Of a stretch of 64,000 nt of DNA, positions 1 through 11,122 are shown piece after piece (positions within the stretch are counted from its first letter, which is position 1; each line of letters opens with the position of its first letter). Below the pieces are notes generated by a model. That model was not told the origin of the DNA and did no database searches. It was given only the letters and a program-made list of their open reading frames with translations. The position numbers and the translations under genes were made by a program. This DNA comes from Macrostomum lignano (lineage: Eukaryota), in the NCBI GenBank assembly GCA_002269645.1, contig NIVC01000068.1:62001-126000 (forward strand), read 5' to 3'.

Positions 1-747
1 TTGACAGATTTAAGGACTGTGTACATTGGGGGTTAGACTGGAGAGTCGCAATATTAGGGCCTGTGTGTTCTGTGTACATTGGGGGTTAGACTGGGGAGTC
101 GCAATATTAGGGCCTGTGTGTTCTGTGTACATTGGGGGTTAGACTGGGGAGTCGCAATATTAGGGCCTGTGTGTTCTGTGTACATTGGGGTTAGACTGGG
201 GAGTCGCAATATTAGGGCTTGTGTGTTCTGTGTACATTGGGAGTTAGACTGGAGAGTCGCAATATTAGGGCCTGTGTGTTCTGTGTACATTGGGAGTTAG
301 ACTGGAGAGTCGCAATATTAGGGCCTGTGTGTTCTGTGTACATTGGGGTTAGACTGGAGAGTCGCAATATTAGGGCCTGTGTGTTCTGTGTACATTGGGG
401 GTTAGACTGGGGAGTCGCAATATTAGGGCTTGTGTGTTCTGTGTACATTGGGGTTAGACTGGGGAGTCGCAATATTAGGGCTTGTGCGTTCTGTGTACAT
501 TGGGGGTTAGACTGGGGAGTCGCAATATTAGGGCTTGTGCGTTCTGTGTACATTGGGGGTTAGACTGGGGAGTCGTAATATTAGGGCCTGTGTGTTCTGT
601 GTACATTGGGGGTTAGACTGGGGAGTCGTAATATTAGGGCCTGTGTGTTCTGTGTACATTGGGGGTTAGACTGGAGAGTCGCAATATTAGGGCCTGTGTG
701 TTCTGTGTACATTGGGGGTTAGACTGGGGAGTCGCAATATTAGGGCT
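1..747. repeat. Tandem minisatellite, 52-53 bp unit (CTGTGTGTTCTGTGTACATTGGGGGTTAGACTGGGGAGTCGCAATATTAGGGC), about 14 copies, runs off window start
   Basis: Direct head-to-tail repetition; overlapping ORFs here are periodic translations of the unit. Confidence 0.97.
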
Positions 748-941
748 TTCAGTGTTTTGAGTACAGTTAGAATCAAGTGAAATGATGTAGCGTGGGTTTT
801 TATGTACTGTTCAATTACTACTAGTATAGATTGTAGAGTTTTACAGAGAAATAAATTCCAAGACTGATTATATAAACGGATGCATTAAATATCGTGTATT
901 CTGCATAGTTAAGCGCCGACTTTAATTTATGTGAACCCATC

Positions 942-2678
942 ATGTACATGGACACTGACGATGACGGAGAGCTCGAAGTGATACGTTTTGCTCCGCCTTC
1001 GCCAAAGCCAGAGAAGCGCAGTATACTTCTTGGTAAGCGTCGTTATAAGCCCAATAGCACCAATTTAAACAGTCGTATTAAACTTGAGCAGTCAGACGAC
1101 GCCATTGATGACGAGGCTTCCCAGTACGACAAAGGCGAGGAAGAGGTGATCACACGTCGGTATAGAGATCCTCGACGGACATCTGCTGCTTCGTCGGTAC
1201 GAGTGAAGCGCGAACCAGTTGACGAGTTCGATCAGAATGAGCAAGTCAGAAGTCACCAGCCTAGTCACCGGGAGCTTCGCTTATTGGACTCGCTAGGCAT
1301 ATCGATTGATGAGTTTGAAAAGGCCGATCCAACAGTTAGCGGCGGTGTCCGTTCCGAGGCCTTGCACCTGACTGGCGTGAGCAATATGAACACCGCCGGC
1401 GTGTTCGATTATTTATCACAGAATGCCGGCTCACCGCCCGAGTGGATCGAATGGATCGATGATAATTCCTGCAATGCCGTCTATCCGGACGGTCCGTCAG
1501 CCTTGTCGGCGCTGTCCGCCCTGACAACAGTTCGGGGTGGAGACGAGCGAATTGAACCAGAAATACGTGTTAACAGCGGTAGTCGCTGTCTGCGCTGCCA
1601 GACCACAGTCAACATGTTGGTTCGCTTAGCTTTGTCCTCGGATAGGAAGGGTAAACACGCCAATTTATCGTCCAATTATTATCGTCGTCATGGCAACCCG
1701 AACTACGACAATATGTGCGGCATCATTAGTCAGAGCTTCAGGCGTCGGGTAAATTCCAAACGATGCGCGTTAGACATGCGTCGGCTTGCTGAGTTTGGCG
1801 TTGCGTCTTCGACGACTGCCGCGCCAGCTGCAACAGAAGCAGTTGTCGATTCGTCTGCTAGAAGCAGCAGACGTCGGCGCCGAATCAGTAGCGGCAGCGG
1901 TGCAGCAGCTTTTGTTGAGAAATCGCCACGAACAGATTACAATGACCAAGGATCCAAGAGGCGCCGTCTAGATAGCGGCAGCAACGATCTAAGGCACAGC
2001 CTCAGACGCATTCGACAGTCCCGCAGTAGTCGGCATCGTCGGCCTAGCAGCCATCTTACCGACGAGGATGTCGAACTAGTAGTCGTAGACGATGCCGGCG
2101 GCAAGTCGGAGTTTAGCGAGCCTGAGGATTCTATCAAGCAAGAGCCTATCGACACCAAACTCGAACCGCAGCAGCCAGCTGAACATGATGACGAAGATGA
2201 AATTATAGAATTAGACAATTATCGTCGAGTATTCGTCCTTTCTGGCAATTCTTCTCGACTGTCTTCGGTTGTGCAAATGCCGCTGCCTCCGCCGCCGCCT
2301 CCGGTGCAGCAGCAGCCTCTGAGATCGGCTGTGGTGTCTCGTCGACACGGTCCACAAAGACAGCAGCAGCAGCAGCCTCAGCCGCAGATTTGTCAGAATT
2401 CGCACCGAAGAGATCGTCAGCAAAAGCGGCAGCGGCCACGTCGCAGCCGTTCTCGATCGTCTTCGTCGAGTTCGACGTCTTCGTCAACTAGCGGGTCGTC
2501 GGCAGCTTCCGGCTCTTCTTCATCGTCGAGATCTTCGTCGTCATCTTCGAGCTCGTCGTCCGAGTCCTCTTCGTCTTCCGAGCACGAAGACGGTTCGTCT
2601 ACGGAAGGCGAGGGCGAGGTGGCCGAATGGACGGCGAGGACAGCGGAGAGCGGCGGGATTGTTGGAAAAGCGCGCTGA
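942..2678 (+). CDS. NCBP3: Nuclear cap-binding protein subunit 3 (C17orf85-like), single exon, 578 aa, with RS/Ser-rich acidic tail
   Basis: RRM-like segment EALHLTGVSNMNTAGVFDY..PEWIEWIDDNSCNAVY and downstream YYRRHGNPNYDNMCGIISQSFRRR match the conserved NCBP3 motifs (IEWLDDTSCNVVW, YYMKYGNPNYGGMKGILSNSWKRR); uninterrupted ORF. Confidence 0.88.
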   Translation: MYMDTDDDGELEVIRFAPPSPKPEKRSILLGKRRYKPNSTNLNSRIKLEQSDDAIDDEASQYDKGEEEVITRRYRDPRRTSAASSVRVKREPVDEFDQNEQVRSHQPSHRELRLLDSLGISIDEFEKADPTVSGGVRSEALHLTGVSNMNTAGVFDYLSQNAGSPPEWIEWIDDNSCNAVYPDGPSALSALSALTTVRGGDERIEPEIRVNSGSRCLRCQTTVNMLVRLALSSDRKGKHANLSSNYYRRHGNPNYDNMCGIISQSFRRRVNSKRCALDMRRLAEFGVASSTTAAPAATEAVVDSSARSSRRRRRISSGSGAAAFVEKSPRTDYNDQGSKRRRLDSGSNDLRHSLRRIRQSRSSRHRRPSSHLTDEDVELVVVDDAGGKSEFSEPEDSIKQEPIDTKLEPQQPAEHDDEDEIIELDNYRRVFVLSGNSSRLSSVVQMPLPPPPPPVQQQPLRSAVVSRRHGPQRQQQQQPQPQICQNSHRRDRQQKRQRPRRSRSRSSSSSSTSSSTSGSSAASGSSSSSRSSSSSSSSSSESSSSSEHEDGSSTEGEGEVAEWTARTAESGGIVGKAR

Positions 2679-2859
2679 GGAAGCTGAGAGATGAAGAATA
2701 GGGGAAGCTGGATCAGACCCCTGCGCTTTCTGTGCCGTGCTCAGCTTAATTTTAGTAGTTGCTGTGGGCCTAATTCCTTAGTGTCTGCGTGTATATTTTC
2801 ATAAAAAGGATGAGCCACGGAAATTCCCAGCCCTCCTACTGTTGCTGGGCCACCACTGC

Positions 2860-3360
2860 CACCTCAGTTGCTCCTCAGATCCTCAGTTGCTCCTCAAATC
2901 CTCAGTTGCTCCTCAGATCCTCAGTTGCTCCTCAGATCCTCAGTTGCTCCTCAAATCCTCAGTTGCTCCTCAGATCCTCAGTTGCTGTGCCAGCCTCCCA
3001 GACCTCAGTTGCTGTGCCAGCCTCCCAGATTCCCAGTTGCTCGGCCAGCCTCCCAGATCCTCAGTTGCTGGGCCAGCCTCCCAGATTCCCAGTTGCTCGG
3101 CCAGCCTCCCAGATCCTCAGTTGCTGGGCCAGCCTCCCAGATTCCCAGTTGCTCGGCCAGCCTCCCAGATCCTCAGTTGCTGGGCCAGCCTCCCAGATCC
3201 CCCAGTTGCTGGGCCAGCCTCCCAGAGTGTCAGTTGCTGGGCCAGCCTCCCAGATCCTCAGTTGCTGTGCCAGCCTCGCAGAGTGTCAGTTGCTGGGCCA
3301 GCCTCCCAGATTCTCAGTTGCTGTGCCAGCCTCCCAGATCCTCAGTTGCTGGGCCAGCCT
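2860..3360. repeat. Minisatellite: 19-bp unit (CTCAGTTGCTCCTCAGATC) grading into 28-bp unit (CTCCCAGATCCTCAGTTGCTGGGCCAGC)
   Basis: Direct tandem repetition; same 28-bp unit recurs at 6826-7731. Confidence 0.95.
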
Positions 3361-4286
3361 AGTTACTATATCCTCAGATTGGGCAGTGAGACTCTGTTAA
3401 TTTTCATTTTTTGTTGCCTCGTGGGCCTGCTTGCATTATGTTAGCAAGTTTATTTTTAAAAACAGATTTATAGACACAGACCTAATTAATTTCGGCAGTC
3501 AGAACAATGGCATTCGGTCAATAGTTGCATTATTTAAAGTACATATTTCCTTTCAGTTCATTTTTGTATGATTTATTTATTGTTGCATTACCGCAAAAAA
3601 CTGGTTTATTAGCTATAAGAATTGGCATTTTTCTGTTTGATTATTTCACCAATCATCTCTGTTGTTAGAGTAAATATAGATAAATACTTGATACTTCGCT
3701 AATATCTCTCAACTAATGTTTTCTTGACACATTCAGACAGAACGCTGATCGTAATTTAATGTATGCAAAGAAATGCTCGCTAATTTCTACTAGGATATAT
3801 ATAGTTGACAATTTTAATGCATGCTATCCAAAATTAAAAAGTACATTGAACTAGTTTGTATTTCATCTTATACATGCTATGTCAACTGCGTTCACTGTAC
3901 TATATGCTTAAGTAGTATTCTATACTTATATGATTATATTAATTCTTATGTTTTCTTGCAACAAAGGAATTGACTTTGCAAAATATGGTTTTTGTAGGCA
4001 GTTTTTAGCGACGTCTTTATTGCTTTATAACTACATTACTTGCTATGTATCATCAAATGCTCAAAGTAAAATTGTTTTGACATGAAACTGTTTATCTTAG
4101 CTTTTATATTCTTTATATTAGTATTTTTTATTTCTAAGTGTTAATAGAGTCTAGAGTGAGGAGTCGGTCAGTATAATAGGCAGAGCCTATTATGTGTAGA
4201 AATTGACTATATAGAAAATCTTATTCTGGTAAATTATTGTCTACCTTACTGTCTGTCAACATCTCCTGATTAGGGAGGAAAAGGAG

Positions 4287-7200
4287 ATGGAGCGCCTGTT
4301 TAAAATCCTCATCATCGGCGACGGCACAGTGGGCAAAACTTCCTTTGTTCAGCGCTACGTTAACGACGTGTTTCGGCAAGACTATAAAAGTACAATTGGT
4401 GTGGATTTCGCTTTGAAAGTGGTGAAATGGTCAGACACTGAGACCATTAAATTGCAGATGTGGGATATTGCTGGCCAGGAGAGGTGAGAACTTGTAGTTT
4501 TGTGATATCTTGCATATTTGTACAAGCCGTGACCACTCAGTTGACTCTCTAATCGCTGTTAATCTAGGATCAGTGACTCTAATCTTTAATCTTTGAATGT
4601 AGAATCAGTGACTCTAATCTCGATCGGGAATGTAGGATCAGTGACTCTCTAATGATGGGAAATGTAGGATCAGTGACTCTAATGGTGGAAATGTAGCATC
4701 AGTGACTCTCTAGTCGCGGAAATGTAGGATCAGTGACTCTCTAGTCGCGGGAATGTAGGATCAGTGACTCTCTAGTCGCGGGAATGTAGCATCAGTGACT
4801 CTCTAGTCGAGGGAATGTAGGATCAGTGACTCTCTAGTCGCGGGAATGTAGGATCAGTGACTCTCTAGTCGCGGGAATGTAGGATCAGTGACTCTCTAGT
4901 CGAGGGAATGTAGGATCAGTGACTCTCTAGTCGCGGGAATGTAGGATCAGTGACTCTCTAGTCGAGGGAATGTAGGATCAGTGACTCTCTAGTCGCGGGA
5001 CTATAGGATCAGTGACTCTCTAGTCGAGGGAATGTAGGATCAGTGACTCTCTAGTCGCGGGAATGTAGGATCAGTGACTCTCTAGTCGCGGGAATGTAGG
5101 ATCAGTGACTCTCTAGTCGAGGGAATGTAGGATCAGTGACTCTCTAGTCGCGGGAATGTAGGATCAGTGACTCTCTAGTCGCGGGAATGTAGGATCAGTG
5201 ACTCTCTAGTCGCGGGAATGTAGTATCAGTGACTCTCTAGTCGCAGGAATGTAGGATCAGTGACTCTCTAGTCGCGGGAATGTAGGATCAGTGACTCTCT
5301 AGTCGAGGGAATGTAGGATCAGTGACTCTCTAGTCGCGGGAATGTAGGATCAGTGACTCTCTAGTCGCGGGAATGTAGGATCAGTGACTCTCTAGTCGCG
5401 GGAATGTAGGATCAGTGACTCTCTAGTCGCGGGAATGTAGGATCAGTGACTCTCTAGTCGAGGGAATGTAGGATCAGTGACTCTCTAGTCGCGGGACTAT
5501 AGGATCAGTGACTCTCTAGTCGAGGGAATGTAGGATCAGTGACTCTCTAGTCGCGGGAATGTAGGATCAGTGACTCTAGTCGCGGGAATGTAGGATCAGT
5601 GACTCTCTAGTCGCGGGAATGTAGGATCAGTGACTCTCTAGTCGCGGGAATGTAGGATCAGTGACTCTCTAGTCGCGGGAATGTAGGATCAGTGACTCTC
5701 TAGTCGCGGGAATGTAGGATCAGTGACTCTCTAGTCGCGGGAATGTAGGATCAGTGACTCTCTAGTCGAGGGAATGTAGGATCAGTGACTCTCTAGTCGC
5801 GGGAATGTAGGATCAGTGACTCTCTAGTCGCGGGAATGTAGGATCAGTGACTCTCTAGTCGCGGGAATGTAGGATCAGTGACTCTCTAGTCGCGGGAATG
5901 TAGGATCAGTGACTCTCTAGTCGCGGGAATGTAGGATCAGTGACTCTCTAGTCGCGGGAATGTAGGATCAGTGACTCTCTAGTCGAGGGAATGTAGGATC
6001 AGTGACTCTCTAGTCGCGGGAATGTAGGATCAGTGACTCTCTAGTCGCGGGAATGTAGGATCAGTGACTCTCTAGTCGCGGGAATGTAGGATCAGTGACT
6101 CTCTAGTCGAGGGAATGTAGGATCAGTGACTCTCTAGTCGCGGGAATGTAGGATCAGTGACTCTCTAGTCGAGGGAATGTAGGATCAGTGACTCTAGTCG
6201 CAAGAATGTAGGATCAGTGACTCTCTAGTCGCGGGAATGTAGGATCAGTGACTCTCTAGTCGCGGGAATGTAGGATCAGTGACTCTCTAGTCGAGGGAAT
6301 GTAGGATCAGTGACTCTCTAGTCGCGGGAATGTAGGATCAGTGACTCTCTAGTCGCGGGAATGTAGGATCAGTGACTCTCTAGTCGCGGGAATGTAGGAT
6401 CAGTGACTCTCTAGTCGCGGGAATGTAGGATCAGTGACTCTCTAGTCGCAGGAATGTAGGATCAGTGACTCTCTAGTCGCGGGAATGTAGGATCAGTGAC
6501 TCTCTAGTCGCGGGAATGTAGGATCAGTGACTGCAATCACTAGACGCAGGTCTCCAGAGCCGTGCATAGCAAAATCTCAGTAAATTATGCCCTTGCATAA
6601 CAACCTCTATCAGGTTCACCTCCATGACCCGCGTGTACTACAAGGACGCCAACGCTGCTATTGTAATGTTTGATTTAACCGCGAAGAACACATTCCACTC
6701 TGCGCTGAAATGGAAGCGAGATTTGGATAGCAAATGCAGCCTGTCGGATGGCAGTCCCGTGCCAGCTATTCTGCTGGCCAACAAATGCGACCTGCAGAGG
6801 CGCGAAGTAGATCAGGTGACTGCATTGGGCCAGCCTCCCAGATCCTGAGTTGCTAGGCCAGCCTCCCAGATCCTCAGTTGCTGGGCCAGCCTCCCAGATC
6901 CTCAGTTGCTGGGCCAGCCTCCCAGATCCTTAGTTGCTGTGCCAGCTTTCCAGATCCTCAGTTGCTGGGCCAGCCTCCCAGATCCTCAGTTGCTGGGCCA
7001 GCCTCCCAGATCCTCAGTTGCTGGGCCAGCCTCCCAGATCCTCAGTTGCTGGGCCAGCCTCCCAGATTCTGAGTTGCTGGGCCAGCCTCCCAGATCCTCA
7101 GTTGCTGGGCCAGCCTCCCAGATCCTCAGTTGTTGGGCCAGCCTCCCAGATCCTCAGTTGCTGGGCCAGCCTCCCAGATCCTCAGTTGCTGGGCCAGCCT

Positions 7201-8049
7201 CCCAGATCCTCAGTTGCTGGGCCAGCCTCCCAGATCCTCAGTTGCTGTGCCAGCCTCCCAGATCCTCAGTTGCTGGGCCAGCCTCCCAGATCCTCAGTTG
7301 CTGGGCCAGCCTCCCAGATCCTCATTTGCTGGGCCAGTCTCCCAGATCCTTAGTTGCTGTGCCAGCTTCCCAGATCCTTAGTTGCTGGGCCAGCCTCCCA
7401 GATCCTCAGTTGCTGGACCAGCCTCCCAGATCCTCAGTTGCTGGGCCAGCCTCCCAGATCCTCAGTTGCTGGGCCAGCCTCCCAGATCCTCAGTTGCTGG
7501 GCCAGCCTCCCAGATCCTCAGTTGCTGGGCCAGCTTCCCAGATCCTCAGTTGCTGGGCCAGCTTCCCAGATCCTTAGTTGCTGTGCCAGCTTCCCAGATC
7601 CTTAGTTGCTGGGCCAGCCTCCCAGATCCTTAGTTGCTGTGCCAGCTTCCCAGATCCTTAGTTGCTGGGCCAGCCTCCCAGATCCTCAGTTGCTGGGCCA
7701 GCCTCCCAGATCCCTAGTTGCTGGGCCAGCCTCTCTAAAGGGGGAGTTTGGCTAGTCTTCTTCTACTCTAAAACTGAAACCCACTGTAACCCGCCAGGCC
7801 GAGGTCGAGGGCTTCTGCCGCGAGCACGAGTTCATAGGCTGGACAGAGACCAGCGCCAAAGAAGGCGTCATGGTTGACGAAGCGATGCGCTTCCTCATTG
7901 AAGCCGTCCTGGCCAAATCCTCGCGACTAGGCGACAGCGGCGAAGGCGCCGACGGAGACGGCAGCGGCAACGGCGCCGGCACCATCAAGCTGGAGAGATC
8001 CTACCGGCAGGACAGCGACGGGGCAAGCAGATCGGGCTGTTCGTGCTAA
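4287..8049 (+). CDS. RAB29: Rab32/38/29-subfamily small GTPase, most like RAB29 (RAB7L1); exons 4287-4483, 6614-6815, 7798-8049, 216 aa
   Basis: GDGTVGKT P-loop, WDIAGQER (subfamily-diagnostic), spliced RFTSMTRVYYKDA, LANKCD, ETSAK, C-terminal CSC prenylation motif; GT-AG junctions keep frame (197+202+252=651 nt). RAB29 versus RAB32/38 is from recalled motifs; an upstream coding exon is possible (acceptor at 4272-4273). Confidence 0.85.
4570..6535. repeat. 31-bp minisatellite (CAGTGACTCTCTAGTCGCGGGAATGTAGGAT), about 60 copies, fills Rab intron 1
   Basis: Direct tandem repetition with degenerate copies at the 5' edge. Confidence 0.97.
6826..7731. repeat. 28-bp minisatellite (CTCCCAGATCCTCAGTTGCTGGGCCAGC), about 32 copies, fills Rab intron 2
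   Basis: Direct tandem repetition starting about 10 nt after the donor site. Confidence 0.97.
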
Positions 8050-8224
8050 AGTACATTGTTAAACTGGAATACCTGATTGCGCCGTGTTGTTCGCTTAGAA
8101 TATCCCATTCCTTTTAGAATTTCCTGTTTCAAGTTTTTGAGTATTGAAATTATTCGAGTTCGAAGTGTTCTATGCTGTGTTAAAATGAAGTTTGAGCTCA
8201 TAGGTGATGAATATTATTTTGTCC

Positions 8225-8705
8225 GTATTCTTGTGATTTCTCTTTACCCTCTTTACCCTCTTTCCCACCTCTTCCTTACCCTCTCCCCCTCTTTACCCTC
8301 TGTCCCTCCTTACCCTCTAACCATCTTTACGCTCTCACTCCCTTTGCCATCTACCCTCTAACATATTTTCCTCTTTACCCTCTTTACCCTCTTTCCCACC
8401 TCTTCCTTACCCTCTTCCCCTCTTTACCCTCTGTCCCTCCTTACCTTCTAACCCTATTTACGCTCTCCTCCTCTTTATCCTCTCCCCCTCTAACATCTCT
8501 TCCTCTTTACCCTCTCCCATTCCTTTTCCCCCTCTTTACCCTCTCTCACTCCTTACCCTCTCCTTCTCTTTACCCCCTTCCCTTTTTTACCCTCCCACAC
8601 TTTTCACCCTCTCTCCCTTACACTCCCTCTACCCTCTCCCTCTCTTTACATTCCCCCTCTTTCCCCGCACCCTCTCTTTACCCTCTACCCCTCTTTACCC
8701 CTCCA
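8225..8705. repeat. CT-rich low-complexity tract built on CTCTTTACC(C) motifs
   Basis: Pyrimidine-rich with recurring ctttaccct and a duplicated segment. Confidence 0.85.
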
Positions 8706-9324
8706 TTTGTGCATCTCTCTAAGCCAATCACAGCAAAGCATTACTGAATTGCGTCGTGTTGGTGCCAATTTTATTCAACAAATTTTTTTTGATTTCATAT
8801 TGATTTTAGCCAGTCAACTTGTCACTGTGCGGATGGAGGCAATTTAACGCGTGATCTTGTAAGTTATTTTGTTTTACTATTTCATGATTTGGTTCTAGTT
8901 TAGTAATTCTCTATATATTCTGTTATGCTATTGAGGAATCGTTGCATTCAATAATAATTTTTATTAAAGATTTTGCATTACTTAACCAGCATTGTCTACT
9001 GTGAGTAGTTTGCCATTTTGATTTTACCTGGCTTCAATTTCCGGAATCGAAGCCGATTAATGCATAATAATACTCTTCAGAAATCCTATGCTACTATTAG
9101 TAATGTTTTATCTTTTAACAGTAGTATTTTGTACTATTTTTCTATTTCCTCTACTTCCATGACCAAATTTTTAATGCTAAAGATTTTGCGAAGTAGATTC
9201 GATTTTTTATAGTTGATAGATTATATGCAGGCTATTATAATACACGTTTTACTGTTCCTGGTCGTCAATAAATGAAGGAACTGACTCACTAATTGTCAAT
9301 ACTTTTGCCTTCAAATACCACATC

Positions 9325-9602
9325 TCTGCCTGTGTGTCTGTCTGTCTGTCTGTCTGTCTGCCTGTCTGTGTCTGTCTGTCTGTCAGGCTGTCTGTCTGTC
9401 CGTGTCTGTCTGTCTGTCTGTCTGTGTGTCTGTCTGTCTGTCTGTCTGTGTGTCTGTCTGTCTGTCTGTCTGTGTGTCTGCCTGTCTGTGTGTCTGTCTG
9501 TCTGTCTGTGTCTGCCTGTCTGTGTGTCTGTCTGTCTGTCTGTCTGTCTGTCTGCCTGTCTGTGTCTGTCTGTCTGTGTGTCTGTCTGTCTGTCTGTCTG
9601 TG

Positions 9603-9661
<59 letters not shown>

Positions 9662-9787
9662 GTATGCTTTTATGTCTTTGTGTCTTTCTGACTGTCAGGC
9701 TGTCTGTCTGTCTGTCTGTCTGGACTGTCTGTTTGTCTGTCTGTGTCTGTCTGTGTCTGTCTGTCTGTCCGTGTCTGTCTGTCAGGC

Positions 9788-9830
<43 letters not shown>

Positions 9831-9970
9831 GTATGCTTGTATGTCTTTGTGTCTTTCTGACTGTCAGGCTGTCTGTCTGTCTGTCTGTCTGGACTGTCTG
9901 TTTGTCTGTCTGTCCGTGTCTGTCTGTCTGTGTATGCTTTTCTGTCTTTGTGTCTTTCTGACTGTCAGGC

Positions 9971-10053
<83 letters not shown>

Positions 10054-10100
10054 GTATGCTTGTATGTCTTTGTGTCTTTCTGACTGTCAGGCTGTCTGTC
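9325..10100 (+). repeat. (TGTC)n microsatellite with interspersed longer repeated blocks
   Basis: Tetranucleotide repeat; SVCL ORFs are artefacts. Confidence 0.97.
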
Positions 10101-10534
10101 TATTCTGTACGCGTATGTACTCGTACCTGATAAGACCGGTAACTAGTAGATTTAATTAACTAAAACAAATAAAAGCTAAGTATATATGACCCTTAACGAA
10201 AACATACGAAAGGGTATTTAAAGTATAGTGTGGCTATATGATAATACAAGTAACTAATATACGCTGCAAAACCAGTGGCACTGTGTAGATTCAAAAGTGC
10301 AAAAAACATTAGGCCTGCACGAAAGTATCAAGAAAAAAGTGCAATCATATTCACTTCAGGACAGAATCAATATATTAAATAAATTTCGTATTAGTAAATT
10401 AATTAACACCAGAGATTGGATAGAAATATTTGACATCATTTTAAAAGTGAAAAAATATTGATATATTCATTTTTTTATATTTATAAATACAATCGACCGA
10501 ACGTCTTTTTATAAGTAGATGAAATATTTGGTCA

Positions 10535-10980
10535 GGGGGGATTAAGAATGGGATCAGGGAAGAGAGAATTAAGAATGGGATCAGGGAAGAGAGAATTAAG
10601 AATGGGATCAGGGAAGAGAGAATTAAGAATGGGATCAGGGAAGAGAGAATTAAGAATGGGATCAGGGAAAAGAGAATTAAGAATGGGATCAGGGGGGAGG
10701 GGAATTAAGAATGAGATCAGGGAGGAGGGAATTCAGAATGGGATCAGGGAGGAGGGAATTCAGAATGGGATCAGGGGGGAGGGGAATTAAGAATGGGATC
10801 AGGGAGGAGGGAATTCAGAATGGGGTCAGGGAGGAGGGAATTCAGAATGGGATCAGGGGGGAGGGGAATTAAGAATGGGATCAGGGGGGAGGGGAATTCA
10901 GAATGGGATCAGGGAGGAGGGGAATTAAGAATGGGGTCAGGGAGGAGGGGAATTCAGAATGGGATCAGGGAGGAGGGAAT
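10535..10980. repeat. About 27-bp purine-rich minisatellite (GAATTAAGAATGGGATCAGGGAAGAGA and variants)
   Basis: Direct tandem repetition. Confidence 0.93.
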
Positions 10981-11122
10981 TATGCATGGTATTCAAAGCT
11001 GCAGCAAATGTGGGAATGAATGAATTAGCAAATTACGAAGAGCTAGGTAAAAATCAAAATTACCAGGGGGGTTAGAGACAATTTTCCTCTCTACACATCC
11101 GCAATCAGATGGTTTCTTCAGG

